From Candidatus Eiseniibacteriota bacterium (lineage in GTDB: Bacteria; Eisenbacteria; RBG-16-71-46; JACRLI01): a DNA stretch of 64,000 nt. The stretch lies in contig JANXVU010000089.1 of NCBI GenBank assembly GCA_025351485.1, positions 6,513 through 70,512 of the forward strand, read 5' to 3'. Below the pieces are notes generated by a model. It was not told the DNA's origin. It ran no database searches and saw only the letters and a list, made by a program, of their open reading frames with translations. Below, in pieces: positions 51,902 through 60,597 of this stretch (positions within the stretch are counted from its first letter, which is position 1; the number at the start of each line of letters is the position of its first letter). The position numbers and the translations under genes are program-made.

Positions 51902-53335
51902 ATGCCCTTCGATCGCCGCGGATCCGTGAACTGGCAGGACGGGATGCTCATTGAATCGTCCCACCTCACGGCCGAGACGGAGTTCCTGCGTTCCCTGGCG
52001 GCCCGCTCCGCCCGGACCGCCCTGGGTTCGTTCGGCCTGTACGCCGACCCGGGCGAGACCGCCCCGCTGGACTTGCAAGTAAGCGCCTCCGGCGGGGAGT
52101 GCACGGCCGAGCTGCGCCGCTTCCGTGGATTTTTTCCGGACGGCACCTGGGTGGACTTCGACTCGCCCGAGGCCGGCACGGTGCTCGGCCGCACCATGCT
52201 GGAAGGCTCCGGCCCCAGCTCGGTGGGTGTGTTCCTGTACGCGCACGAGGATGAATTCCTGGGGATCGGCGAGCCCGACCCCGCCGACGACCCGCCGCGC
52301 AGCCCCTACCGGCTTCCCCGCCTGGAGCTCCGGCTCGGCGAGGACCCCAAATGGCCCCGGGGACGCAGCCTGCGCCTGGCCACCGTGCAGGTGAACGGAG
52401 GCGTCGCCGTGATGGATGGCGCGCACGTGCCGCCGTCCGCCACGCTGGCCTCGTGGCCGGCGCTGCGGGAGCTGGGGGAGCGCTACGGCGAATACCTGGA
52501 GCGGTGGCGCCGGCTGGCGATCGGCAACTTCATCACGCTGCTTCCCATCGCCACGGCGCCCGCGGGCGGGCTGGGGCGCGAGATCGCCTACGCCAAGCGC
52601 GAAACGGCTTTCCAGCTGGCGGTCGAGATTTCCCGCAACCAGTCGGCCCAGCCGCTGCTCACCCGGGTGGGATCGCCCGCCGAGTGGTTCGCCTCGGTGC
52701 AGACCAACGCCCGCCTGATCGCGACGCTGCTGGAGCTGAACCGCGACCTGGCCGGAGCCATGCAGGACGGCGCCAATTTTGCAGCGGCCATGGGCACGCT
52801 GCGCGACACCTCCACGTTCGACGTGTACCAGGAATCGCTGCGGGCGATGGTCCAGCAGGTGGAAGTGTTCATCGACGCGGTGGAGACGCTCCTGACCGGT
52901 CTGTTCGAGGCGCGCGAGGGCGAGAAGGACGTGCTGCGCTACCGCGACAAGGAGTACGCGTTCACTCCGTACGCCAAGAGAGTGTACCGGCGCGAGTCCG
53001 ACCGCGAATACCTCGAGATCCAGGGGCTCTCGGCCTCCGAGGTGGAGGACTACGTCGTGCTCATGAAGGGCGGCATCGGCGCGGCGGTACGCAAGTCGCC
53101 GCCCAACACCCACGTGGGGCCCAACGAGCGCTCCACCTGGCCCCAGGCCGACCCGGCGTTCGTCGACCACACCTTCATGGACGGCGCGGCCCTGTTTCAC
53201 CCCCATGGATTCCAGCCGCAGCGCGAGATCAACCGCCTGACCCTTATCTGCATCGGCGGCGGCGACCTCTCGATCTTCGAGCAGGGCGATGACCAGGACG
53301 TGCGAGTGTTCATTCGCAGGAAGGCGAGTTCGTAG
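51902..53335 (+). CDS. tssK: Baseplate protein TssK-like
   Basis: About 477 aa. The N-terminus …VNWQDGMLIESSHL… resembles the TssK 'W.EGM.L.PQHFQ' start. Position after tssG. Confidence 0.55.
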   Translation: MPFDRRGSVNWQDGMLIESSHLTAETEFLRSLAARSARTALGSFGLYADPGETAPLDLQVSASGGECTAELRRFRGFFPDGTWVDFDSPEAGTVLGRTMLEGSGPSSVGVFLYAHEDEFLGIGEPDPADDPPRSPYRLPRLELRLGEDPKWPRGRSLRLATVQVNGGVAVMDGAHVPPSATLASWPALRELGERYGEYLERWRRLAIGNFITLLPIATAPAGGLGREIAYAKRETAFQLAVEISRNQSAQPLLTRVGSPAEWFASVQTNARLIATLLELNRDLAGAMQDGANFAAAMGTLRDTSTFDVYQESLRAMVQQVEVFIDAVETLLTGLFEAREGEKDVLRYRDKEYAFTPYAKRVYRRESDREYLEIQGLSASEVEDYVVLMKGGIGAAVRKSPPNTHVGPNERSTWPQADPAFVDHTFMDGAALFHPHGFQPQREINRLTLICIGGGDLSIFEQGDDQDVRVFIRRKASS

Positions 53336-53343
53336 GACCACCT

Positions 53344-54288
53344 ATGCCCACGCTAGTCGAAAACATCGACAACCTGTTTGCGGAGATCGGCGCGCTCGAA
53401 AAGGGCGGCGCCTTTTCCCCGGATTCGTTCAACCAGAACCTGAAGGGCATCCTTTCGGCGTTCGAGCTGCTCCGCAACCAGCAGGAGCTGGGCTCGATGG
53501 CCGACGACGCCCTGTACACGCGCATCCGCGAGGTGGAGCCCACCGAGTCGCAGCTGCGCTTCCTGACCTCCCACATCCTGGGGATGTACCTGGAAGCGTG
53601 GGCCCACGGACCTTCGGGCTACCGCCGCTCCTACCAGGACCTGCTGCGCTTCCGGCCCGACGACGCGCGAGTGGACGGCGACTTCATCGAGATCGTGCTC
53701 ATGCCGCGCCTGCTGGTGCTGCGCGACCTGGGCGGCCAGGCCGACCTGGGCTACCACCTGTTGATGCACCTGGCCGACTATCTGCAAACGTTCGGCGCTC
53801 CCTCCGGCCTGCCCGCCAGGCCCACGCGCGCCGACCTGGAGGCGATGGGCCCGTCCAGGCTGCTGCTGGGTTTCGCGCGGCGCCGGCTGGCGTTCCCGGG
53901 CAAGCGCCTGGTGGACATGCCGGACGCCTGGGAATACGGGCTGGCCCGCGAAAAGTACTTCGAGTCGCTGCGGGTCCGGGGCAAGAAGCTGCAGCTGGAC
54001 CTGGAAGCCTACCTGCTCCGGCTGGACCTGCTGAGCAAAGTGCCCTGGTGGAAGCGCCTGCTGGATGCCATCGGGCGCTTCTTCCGCGCGATCGGCACGT
54101 GGCTGGGAGCCAGGCTGGAAAAGCTGCCGGCCGGCGGAGTGTTCTGGTCGGCGTTCTGGGTGGTTTTTTCGCTCGCGGTGATGGTGGGCGTGACCCTGCT
54201 GTGGCTCTCCTTCTATGAACATCGCCTGCGGGACTTCCGCGGCAAGGGCCTGAACGCGCAGACGCGCGACATGGAGGTGGTCAAGTGA
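53344..54288 (+). CDS. Cytoplasmic protein with single C-terminal TM anchor: candidate TssL/DotU-like membrane-complex component
   Basis: 314 aa. One predicted TM helix near the C-terminus (…GVFWSAFWVVFSLAVMVGVTLLWLSF…) with a short tail. Topology and position after tssK resemble TssL; there is no sequence-level proof. Confidence 0.35.
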   Translation: MPTLVENIDNLFAEIGALEKGGAFSPDSFNQNLKGILSAFELLRNQQELGSMADDALYTRIREVEPTESQLRFLTSHILGMYLEAWAHGPSGYRRSYQDLLRFRPDDARVDGDFIEIVLMPRLLVLRDLGGQADLGYHLLMHLADYLQTFGAPSGLPARPTRADLEAMGPSRLLLGFARRRLAFPGKRLVDMPDAWEYGLAREKYFESLRVRGKKLQLDLEAYLLRLDLLSKVPWWKRLLDAIGRFFRAIGTWLGARLEKLPAGGVFWSAFWVVFSLAVMVGVTLLWLSFYEHRLRDFRGKGLNAQTRDMEVVK

Positions 54289-56528
54289 GCGGCTTGATTG
54301 GAACCTTCATGGCCAACGCGCAGAATGCCGCCGACACCGCCAAGCAGGCGCGCGAAATGGGCAAGAACGCCAGGAAGACCCAGGACGGGCGGCGCATCTA
54401 CAAGATCGCCTGCCTGGGCCACGCCCGCAGCGGCAAGACCACCTACTGGAGCGTGTTCCACGAGGCCAGCCGCGGCCGCATGGACGAATTCAACATCCAG
54501 ACGGGCGACAACACCACCGCGGCCTACCTGGTGCGGCAGCGGGAAGCCATGCAGTCGGGCGCGTTCTACATCCCCGCGCCCGGCGAAAAACCCGCCGACT
54601 ACGAGCCGGGGTATCCGCCCGAATCCGACCTGCTGGTGAATCTGTTGTTCATGGCGCGCGAAGGCGGCGGCCGCGAGATTCCGATCATGGTGCAGGACTA
54701 TCCGGGACGGGCCATCAGCATCGAGGACACCGATGGGCGCGCCCAGGAAGTGGTGGAATTTCTCAAGGGCGCGGACGGGATCCTGTTCTTCGTGGACGCC
54801 TACTCCACCCGCGAAAGCCCGCACAAACTCACCGAGCAGCTGCTGGGATTCAACTCGCTTCTGAAGCACCTCGAGGACCGGCACGGCCGCATCAACAGGC
54901 CGGTGGGCCTGGTGCTGACCAAGGCGGACATGCTGGACGAGTACCGGCCGGCCAACCCGTCGGAGCTCATCTCGGACGCCGACCAGCGCCGCCGTGGCGA
55001 GATCTACAGCAAGTTCCTGGCGCAGCTCCTGAAGGGCAACGTGTTCGCCCAGGACGCCGCGTGGAAGACCCGCGTGGAAAAGACGCTCACGCGACTTCGC
55101 TCGTTCGCCGACGCGCTGCTCAAGAAGACCCAGGCCACCCAGTTCTTCGTGGTCTCGGCGGTCGGCGACAAGCGCCGGAGGCCCATCGAGCCCGCCGCGG
55201 CCGGGGACAGCATCGCCAACACCAGCATGGCCGCCAGCAGCAGCTCCATGGCGTTTGCCGTGGGGCGCCACGAGACCGGCATGGAAGAGCCGCTGCGCTG
55301 GATGATCCACCAGCTCCTGGTCAAGAACCAGGTGCGCAAGGCCGACCGGCTGCGCAACGGCGCCCTGGCGGCCGCGGCCGTCTACTCGCTCGCCCTGACG
55401 CTTCCGTTCCTGCTCTACCTGGGATGCGCGGTGCCGCGCCTGGAGGCAGACCTGCGCAAGGAGCCGCTGCCGGCCCTGCAGATCCTTAAGGACACCCGGG
55501 GGTTCGAGGAGAACCACCTGGTGAAGCTGTGGTCGGTGATGACCCGCCACCACGATTTCCTGCCGTCCGCGCAGGCCATTCGCACCCGGGTGGCCGACCG
55601 GGTGGTGGAAGAGGGCCGCAACGCGCTCCTGACCGTGCTCAGCCACAACAAGGCACGCGGCGTGAACCCGGACCCGGAAGCTTCGGAGTTCTGCTCCCGG
55701 TGGGGGTTCTTCCTGGAGACCTGCACCCAGGAGCTCCGGGATTCCACGGCCGACTACCGCGACTCGCGGGCCAAGATGTACTGCCTGCGAAAGGTCTTCA
55801 TCCAGGCCGGCACCAACTTCAAGCTGGCCAGCACCAACGACCGGCGCGACGCGTTCCTGAACCTGACGCGCCTCGCCGGCACCCAGTTGTGCATGGAGGA
55901 TACGGTCAAGCTGGCGGCCCAGGCCCTGGCCGACGGCATCACCAAGGACGACCGGATCGCCCCGGCCCCGGTGCCCAGCGCTGCGGCCGGCGGCGGCGGT
56001 GGCGGTGGCGGGCCCTCGCTCAAGGACTCCTACAACACCGCGGTGGCCCAGTTCGGGCCGGGCAGCCCGCCGGAGTCGCGCGTCAGCCTGAAGCTGATTT
56101 CGGACCTGGAAGGCCTGCTCGCCTCGCGCTACCCCCACGACGCCGTGTCGGTGGAGGTGGAAAAACGGATCCACGCCTACCTCTCGGCGGTGGAGAAGTT
56201 CAAGAACGGCACGCCGCTCAAGCTCAAGGTCACGCAGCTGTCCAGCCCGGCGCGGCTCAAGCTTCCGGAAGTCAGCGGGGAGAGGGAGTACCTGCCGGAC
56301 GACGAGATCTCGATCCCTCGCTGGAAGCTGAACAGCAAGGTGCGGTTCGTGTTCTACGCCAACCTGAACTCCGCGCCGCTGGTGCTGGACGACCTGGTGG
56401 GCAAGCAGAACCAGCCGCTGCAGGTGAACCTGCCGGCCAAGGCCGGAGGCAACGTGGTGTTCCAGTTCGAGGTCAGCTCGCCGCCGGTGACGGATGAAAC
56501 CGTGCCGCCGCTGTCGAAGATTCCCTAG
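54285..56528 (+). CDS. P-loop GTPase/NTPase domain membrane protein (747 aa): possible non-canonical TssM-like component
   Basis: Walker A (ACLGHARSGKTTYW) at residue about 40, Walker B-like (ILFFVDA) and NKxD-like (LVLTKAD). One predicted TM at about residue 385 (…AAAVYSLALTLPFLLYLGCAV…) followed by about 350 aa. The GTG start overlaps the upstream stop (GTGA). Confidence 0.55.
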   Translation: MSGLIGTFMANAQNAADTAKQAREMGKNARKTQDGRRIYKIACLGHARSGKTTYWSVFHEASRGRMDEFNIQTGDNTTAAYLVRQREAMQSGAFYIPAPGEKPADYEPGYPPESDLLVNLLFMAREGGGREIPIMVQDYPGRAISIEDTDGRAQEVVEFLKGADGILFFVDAYSTRESPHKLTEQLLGFNSLLKHLEDRHGRINRPVGLVLTKADMLDEYRPANPSELISDADQRRRGEIYSKFLAQLLKGNVFAQDAAWKTRVEKTLTRLRSFADALLKKTQATQFFVVSAVGDKRRRPIEPAAAGDSIANTSMAASSSSMAFAVGRHETGMEEPLRWMIHQLLVKNQVRKADRLRNGALAAAAVYSLALTLPFLLYLGCAVPRLEADLRKEPLPALQILKDTRGFEENHLVKLWSVMTRHHDFLPSAQAIRTRVADRVVEEGRNALLTVLSHNKARGVNPDPEASEFCSRWGFFLETCTQELRDSTADYRDSRAKMYCLRKVFIQAGTNFKLASTNDRRDAFLNLTRLAGTQLCMEDTVKLAAQALADGITKDDRIAPAPVPSAAAGGGGGGGGPSLKDSYNTAVAQFGPGSPPESRVSLKLISDLEGLLASRYPHDAVSVEVEKRIHAYLSAVEKFKNGTPLKLKVTQLSSPARLKLPEVSGEREYLPDDEISIPRWKLNSKVRFVFYANLNSAPLVLDDLVGKQNQPLQVNLPAKAGGNVVFQFEVSSPPVTDETVPPLSKIP

Positions 56529-56581
56529 CGGGACTGCGCGACCGGGTGGGAAGGCCGTCTCCGGACCTTCATGAAAGTAGA

Positions 56582-56618
56582 AGAGGAGCCTTCCACCAGG
56601 AAGGCTCCTCTCTTTTTG
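56582..56618 (+). terminator. Rho-independent terminator (13 bp stem AGAGGAGCCTTCC / GGAAGGCTCCTCT, loop ACCA, T-run)
   Basis: Perfect hairpin followed by CTTTTT. It sits 54 nt after the stop of the P-loop protein gene and closes the tssB…cluster transcription unit. Confidence 0.7.
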
Positions 56619-56652
56619 CATCCCGGCGAATACGCCGGGCCGATCCTTGAAA

Positions 56653-57151
56653 CTACCAGCGCGCCGACTTGGTCACTTCGATGTTCAGGTCCGAGCCTTC
56701 GCCCGGCGTGCTGCTGTCGTGCCAGATCAGGAAGCCCAGGAGCGGCGGAAGCAGCAGCTTCTTGATGATGCTCGCGCTCTGGCTCTTGGCGATCCCCGCG
56801 GCCGGGTCGGCCAGGTGGGCCGGCACCACCACGTGCTTGCCCTTGTACATGAACGTGAACTGGGTGACGTCGAACTTGGCTCCGTCCCCCGTCTTTTCGC
56901 CCATCTTCAGCGTGATGAAGCCCGCCACTCCGGCGGCCAGCACCGGGGGGCCCTTGGGGTCGGCCTGGAAGGCCTCCGGCAGGGTGACCGAGATCGTGTC
57001 GCCATTGGAGTTCGAGCCCGAAATTCCGTACCCCAGGCGCACCTTGAAGGAATCGCCTTCGCGCAGCGCGGCGGCGCCGGCAACCACCGACAGGACCGAC
57101 GATGCGGCCAGGGAAACTGCTACCACCAAGCTCAGGGTTTTTCTCATCCAT
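56653..57151 (-). CDS. Secreted hypothetical protein (about 166 aa)
   Basis: Signal peptide (MRKTLSLVVAVSLAASSVLSVVAGAAA) with no lipobox Cys. No recognisable domain. Confidence 0.45.
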
Positions 57152-57211
57152 GCCTCCGGGGTGACGTTCAAAGGCCGCGTGCTCCGGCCGGGTTGACCTT
57201 CCTTGTATCCG

Positions 57212-58501
57212 CTATTTCCTGGTCGTGGCGCCCTTGCGGCCGGGAGCCAGGCGATTCTTCCCGGGGGACTTCACGCCGCCCCGGGAGTGGGCGCCGTTCC
57301 TGCCGCCGTTCTTCGTTTCCGCCAGCTTCGCCGGTTTGCCGTGGCCGTGCTCCCGCCAGCTGGTGGGGTAGCCCTGGTCGTCGTACTTGAGGGCCGCGGC
57401 CGTCATGTGCAGCGGCTGGAACGTGTCCAGCATCACCGCCAGTTCCTCGGTGGACTCCTTGCCCAGGGATGCTTCCACGGTGCCCGGGTGCGGACCGTGG
57501 GGGATGCCCTGCGGGTGCACCGTGAAGGACGCCACGTCGATGCCGCGCCGGCTCATGAAGTTGCCGTTCACGTAATAGATGATCTCGTCGCTGTCGATGT
57601 TGCTGTGGTTGTAGGGCACCGGGATGGACAGCGGGTGGTAGTCGTACTTGCGCGGGCAGAACGAGCAAACCACGAAGTTGTGCCCTTCGAAGTTCTGGTG
57701 CACCGGGGGCGGCTGGTGGATCCGACCGGTGATCGGCTCGAAATCCTCGATGTTGAAGATCCACGGGTACAGATAGCCGTCCCAGCCCACCACGTCGAGA
57801 GGGTGGAAGTCGAAGTGGTAGGACGTGAGCTCGTCGCGGGCTTTCACCCGCACCTCGTATTCGCCCTTTTCCACGTGGGTCTCGAGCTTCTCGGGGCGGC
57901 GGAAGTCGCGCTCGCAGAACGGCGAGTGCTCCATCTGCTGGCCATAGGGGTTGCGGTAGCGCCGGGGCGTCTCGATCTGGCTGACCGATTCGATCACCAG
58001 CCAGCGCTGCTCGCCCTTGTCGGCCACCACCTTGTAGGTCGTGCCGCGCGGAAGGATCACGTAGTCGCCTTCGCGGTAGGGCAGCGTGCCGAATACCGTC
58101 TCGAACCGCCCGGTTCCCTGGTGGATGAAGTAGAGCTCGTCACCCATGCCGTTGCGGTAGAAGTAGTCCATGGGCCGGGCCGGGCGGCAGATGCCCATGT
58201 TCACATCGGTGTTCCACAGCAGCACCTCCCGCGCCTCGATGGGGTCGCCCATGGCCTTCACCGGCCTGGTGAGCAGGTGGTGGTGCCGGAGCGGCTCGCG
58301 CGGGGCGAGCTGGACGGTCATGTCGCGCACGTCGCCGATCCGCTGGACCATGGTGGGCGGGTTGTGGTGATAGAGCAGGGAACTCATGCCGGAGAAGCCC
58401 TTGCTTCCCATGAGTTGCTCGCTGAACAGCTTGCCGTCCGGCCGGCGGAACTGGGTGTGCCGCTTGTGCGGGATCAGGCCGAGTGAATGGTACATGGGCA
58501 T
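57212..58501 (-). CDS. hmgA: Homogentisate 1,2-dioxygenase (with a basic C-terminal tail)
   Basis: Conserved HGD cupin motifs (…NGMGDELYFIHQGTG…, …PHGPHPG…, …FESVSQIETPRRYRNPYGQ…). Confidence 0.85.
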   Translation of the reverse strand: MPMYHSLGLIPHKRHTQFRRPDGKLFSEQLMGSKGFSGMSSLLYHHNPPTMVQRIGDVRDMTVQLAPREPLRHHHLLTRPVKAMGDPIEAREVLLWNTDVNMGICRPARPMDYFYRNGMGDELYFIHQGTGRFETVFGTLPYREGDYVILPRGTTYKVVADKGEQRWLVIESVSQIETPRRYRNPYGQQMEHSPFCERDFRRPEKLETHVEKGEYEVRVKARDELTSYHFDFHPLDVVGWDGYLYPWIFNIEDFEPITGRIHQPPPVHQNFEGHNFVVCSFCPRKYDYHPLSIPVPYNHSNIDSDEIIYYVNGNFMSRRGIDVASFTVHPQGIPHGPHPGTVEASLGKESTEELAVMLDTFQPLHMTAAALKYDDQGYPTSWREHGHGKPAKLAETKNGGRNGAHSRGGVKSPGKNRLAPGRKGATTRK

Positions 58502-58576
58502 GGAACGCACTCCGACTTTCTTTGGGGCCGCTGCCGCGGGCCCGCTCCGGGAACGAATGGCGCGACGGCCGCGCCG

Positions 58577-59671
58577 CTAAAGATTTCCGCGCAGGGCCTG
58601 CTCGCGCTCGATCGCTTCGAACAGCGCCTTGAAGTTGCCCTTGCCGAAACCACGGCTGCCCTTGCGTTCGATCACTTCGAAGAAGAGCGTGGGACGGTCC
58701 TCCACCGGCTTGGTGAACAGCTGCAGCAGGTAGCCTTCCTCGTCTCGGTCCAGCAGGATGCCCAGTTTTTCCAGGTCCTTGAGGTCTTCGTCGATCTTGC
58801 CCGCGCGCAGCGGCAGGTCGTCGTAGTACTCCTTGGGCACGCGCAGGAATTCCACGCCCGAATCCTTGAGCCCCGAGACCGTCTGCACGACGTCGTTGGT
58901 GAGCATGGCGATGTGCTGGGCGCCCGGGCCGTTGTAGAATTCGAGATACTCGTCGATCTGCGACTTGCGCTTGCCCTCGGCAGGCTCGTTGATCGGGAAC
59001 TTGATCGAGCCGGAGCCGTCCGACATGACCTTGGACATCAGGGCCGAGTACTCGGTGGAGATGTCCTTGTCCTCGAAGCTCTGGAACTGCGAAAAGCCCA
59101 TCACGTCGCGGTAGAAATCCACCCAGTGGTTCATCTTGCCCAGCTCCACGTTGCCCACGATGTGGTCCACGCGCAGCAGGCCGTGCCCGCCGTTGCCCAC
59201 GGAGCGCGCCTCGAAGCCGGGGGCAAACGCGCCCTTGTAGTTCCGGCGCTCCACGAAGGTGTGGATGGTATCGCCGTAGGTGTGGATGGCGGAGGTCTTG
59301 TAGACGCCGTGGTCGTCCTTCACCTCGCGCGGCTCGGAGGCGGGCCTGGCGCCGCGCTTGACCGTCTCCTTGAAGGCGGATTCGGCGTCGTCCACCCACA
59401 GGGCGATGTCGCGCACCCCGTCGCCGTGGCGGGCGACGTGGTCGGCGATCGGGCCCTCCGAGCGGATCGGGCTGGTGAGGACGAAGCGGATCTTGCCCTG
59501 CTCCATCAGGTAGCAGGCGCGGTCCCGGACGCCGGTTTCGGGGCCCAGGTAGCCGGTCAGCTTGAAGCCGAAGGCATTGCGGTAAAAGTGGGAGGCCTGC
59601 TTGGCGTTGCCCACCCAGAATTCGAGGTGATCGATGCCCTTCAACTGCAAGAAATCGCCGTGGTTCGACAT
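58577..59671 (-). CDS. hppD: 4-hydroxyphenylpyruvate dioxygenase
   Basis: Two VOC/glyoxalase-like modules with the HPPD iron-ligand regions (…IDHLEFWV…, …[18 protein letters not shown]…, …[10 protein letters not shown]…, C-terminal …[14 protein letters not shown]…). Confidence 0.9.
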   Translation of the reverse strand: MSNHGDFLQLKGIDHLEFWVGNAKQASHFYRNAFGFKLTGYLGPETGVRDRACYLMEQGKIRFVLTSPIRSEGPIADHVARHGDGVRDIALWVDDAESAFKETVKRGARPASEPREVKDDHGVYKTSAIHTYGDTIHTFVERRNYKGAFAPGFEARSVGNGGHGLLRVDHIVGNVELGKMNHWVDFYRDVMGFSQFQSFEDKDISTEYSALMSKVMSDGSGSIKFPINEPAEGKRKSQIDEYLEFYNGPGAQHIAMLTNDVVQTVSGLKDSGVEFLRVPKEYYDDLPLRAGKIDEDLKDLEKLGILLDRDEEGYLLQLFTKPVEDRPTLFFEVIERKGSRGFGKGNFKALFEAIEREQALRGNL

Positions 59672-59751
59672 GGGTCCTCCGGGAGAAATATGGCTGGATT
59701 CCCTGCGAGATTAGGGGCGAAAGACTTGGAAATCAAGGCCCCTCGGAGGCT

Positions 59752-60408
59752 TCAGCTGCCGTGGACGTCCCGCAGCTTGTTCCGGGTCACGGGGCCGGCC
59801 ACCCCGTCCACCTTGAGGCCGTGGTCGCACTGGAATTCCTCGATGGCCGAGTGGAGCCTGCGTTCGTCCACCTTGTCCCCGGGGCCCGCCTTTTCCGCCA
59901 GGCCCGCGTCGTAGCCCAGATTATTGAGCCGGGCCACCATGCCGGACGGGGTGTCCGGGGGATCCAGGTGCCCGACCCGGATCGGAAGCTCGATCTGCAG
60001 GGCGGGAAAGACAATCGAGCCGACCTCGGCTTCCACCGGGATCACCAGTTCCACCTGGCCCTTGCCGTCGGTGGTGACCTCGCGCGGCTCGCCGCCCACG
60101 GCAATCTTGCCCTTGGCGCTCGCGATGGGCTTCAGGTTCCAGTCCTGAAAGACCAGCCGCAGGTGGAGCTCTACCCGGTGGACCTTGAACTTGTGCTGCT
60201 GGCCGGTCTTGAGCGAGACGACCTTCTGGCGCTTCGGATCGGGAATAAACACCACGTCCCCGGGCGCCAGCACGTTGGGATTCTGCCGAAGGGAGCGCAG
60301 GTTCGAGTTCTGGGGATGGTCCCAGATGGGGTTGATGCCGTCGAACCCGTGGCTCTTGGCGATGCGGGAGAGGTGCTCGCCCTGCTGGACGGTGTGGCTG
60401 GCCGACAT
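59752..60408 (-). CDS. LysM domain + PG_binding_1-like domain protein, paralog 2 (homolog of 37811-38466)
   Basis: N-terminal LysM (…HTVQQGEHLSRIAKSHGF…IWDHPQNSNLRSLRQNPNVLAPGDVVFIPD) and C-terminal peptidoglycan-binding repeat (…RLNNLGYDAGL…FQCDHGLKVDGVAGPVTRNKL). Same architecture as the protein at 37.8 kb. Confidence 0.6.
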   Translation of the reverse strand: MSASHTVQQGEHLSRIAKSHGFDGINPIWDHPQNSNLRSLRQNPNVLAPGDVVFIPDPKRQKVVSLKTGQQHKFKVHRVELHLRLVFQDWNLKPIASAKGKIAVGGEPREVTTDGKGQVELVIPVEAEVGSIVFPALQIELPIRVGHLDPPDTPSGMVARLNNLGYDAGLAEKAGPGDKVDERRLHSAIEEFQCDHGLKVDGVAGPVTRNKLRDVHGS

Positions 60409-60597
60409 GCCGCTATGCCTCCTGGAAGGGAAGTCCCGCTGGGGTCCGTGAATGAGCCGTCAGGGTATCGGACTTTCCCTTTTCCGGCAACAGGGTGGGA
60501 GAGACCTGGGTGGCAGAGACCGGCCGCGCCGCGGGAACGCGCCGCCGCGCCCGGGATTCGATTGACCTGTCCCTTCGCGTCCCGCGATAATGCCGCC

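Noticed and set aside
50693-56621. Long minus-strand ORFs (50693-53341, 53353-54222, 54213-56621) opposite tssG/tssK/tssL-like/GTPase genes
   Set aside because: Antisense artefacts with His/Arg/Gly-rich translations. The plus-strand genes are translationally coupled and supported by motifs.
57203-59914. Plus-strand ORFs 57203-58486 and 58487-59914 opposite hmgA/hppD
   Set aside because: Antisense to two highly conserved dioxygenase genes.
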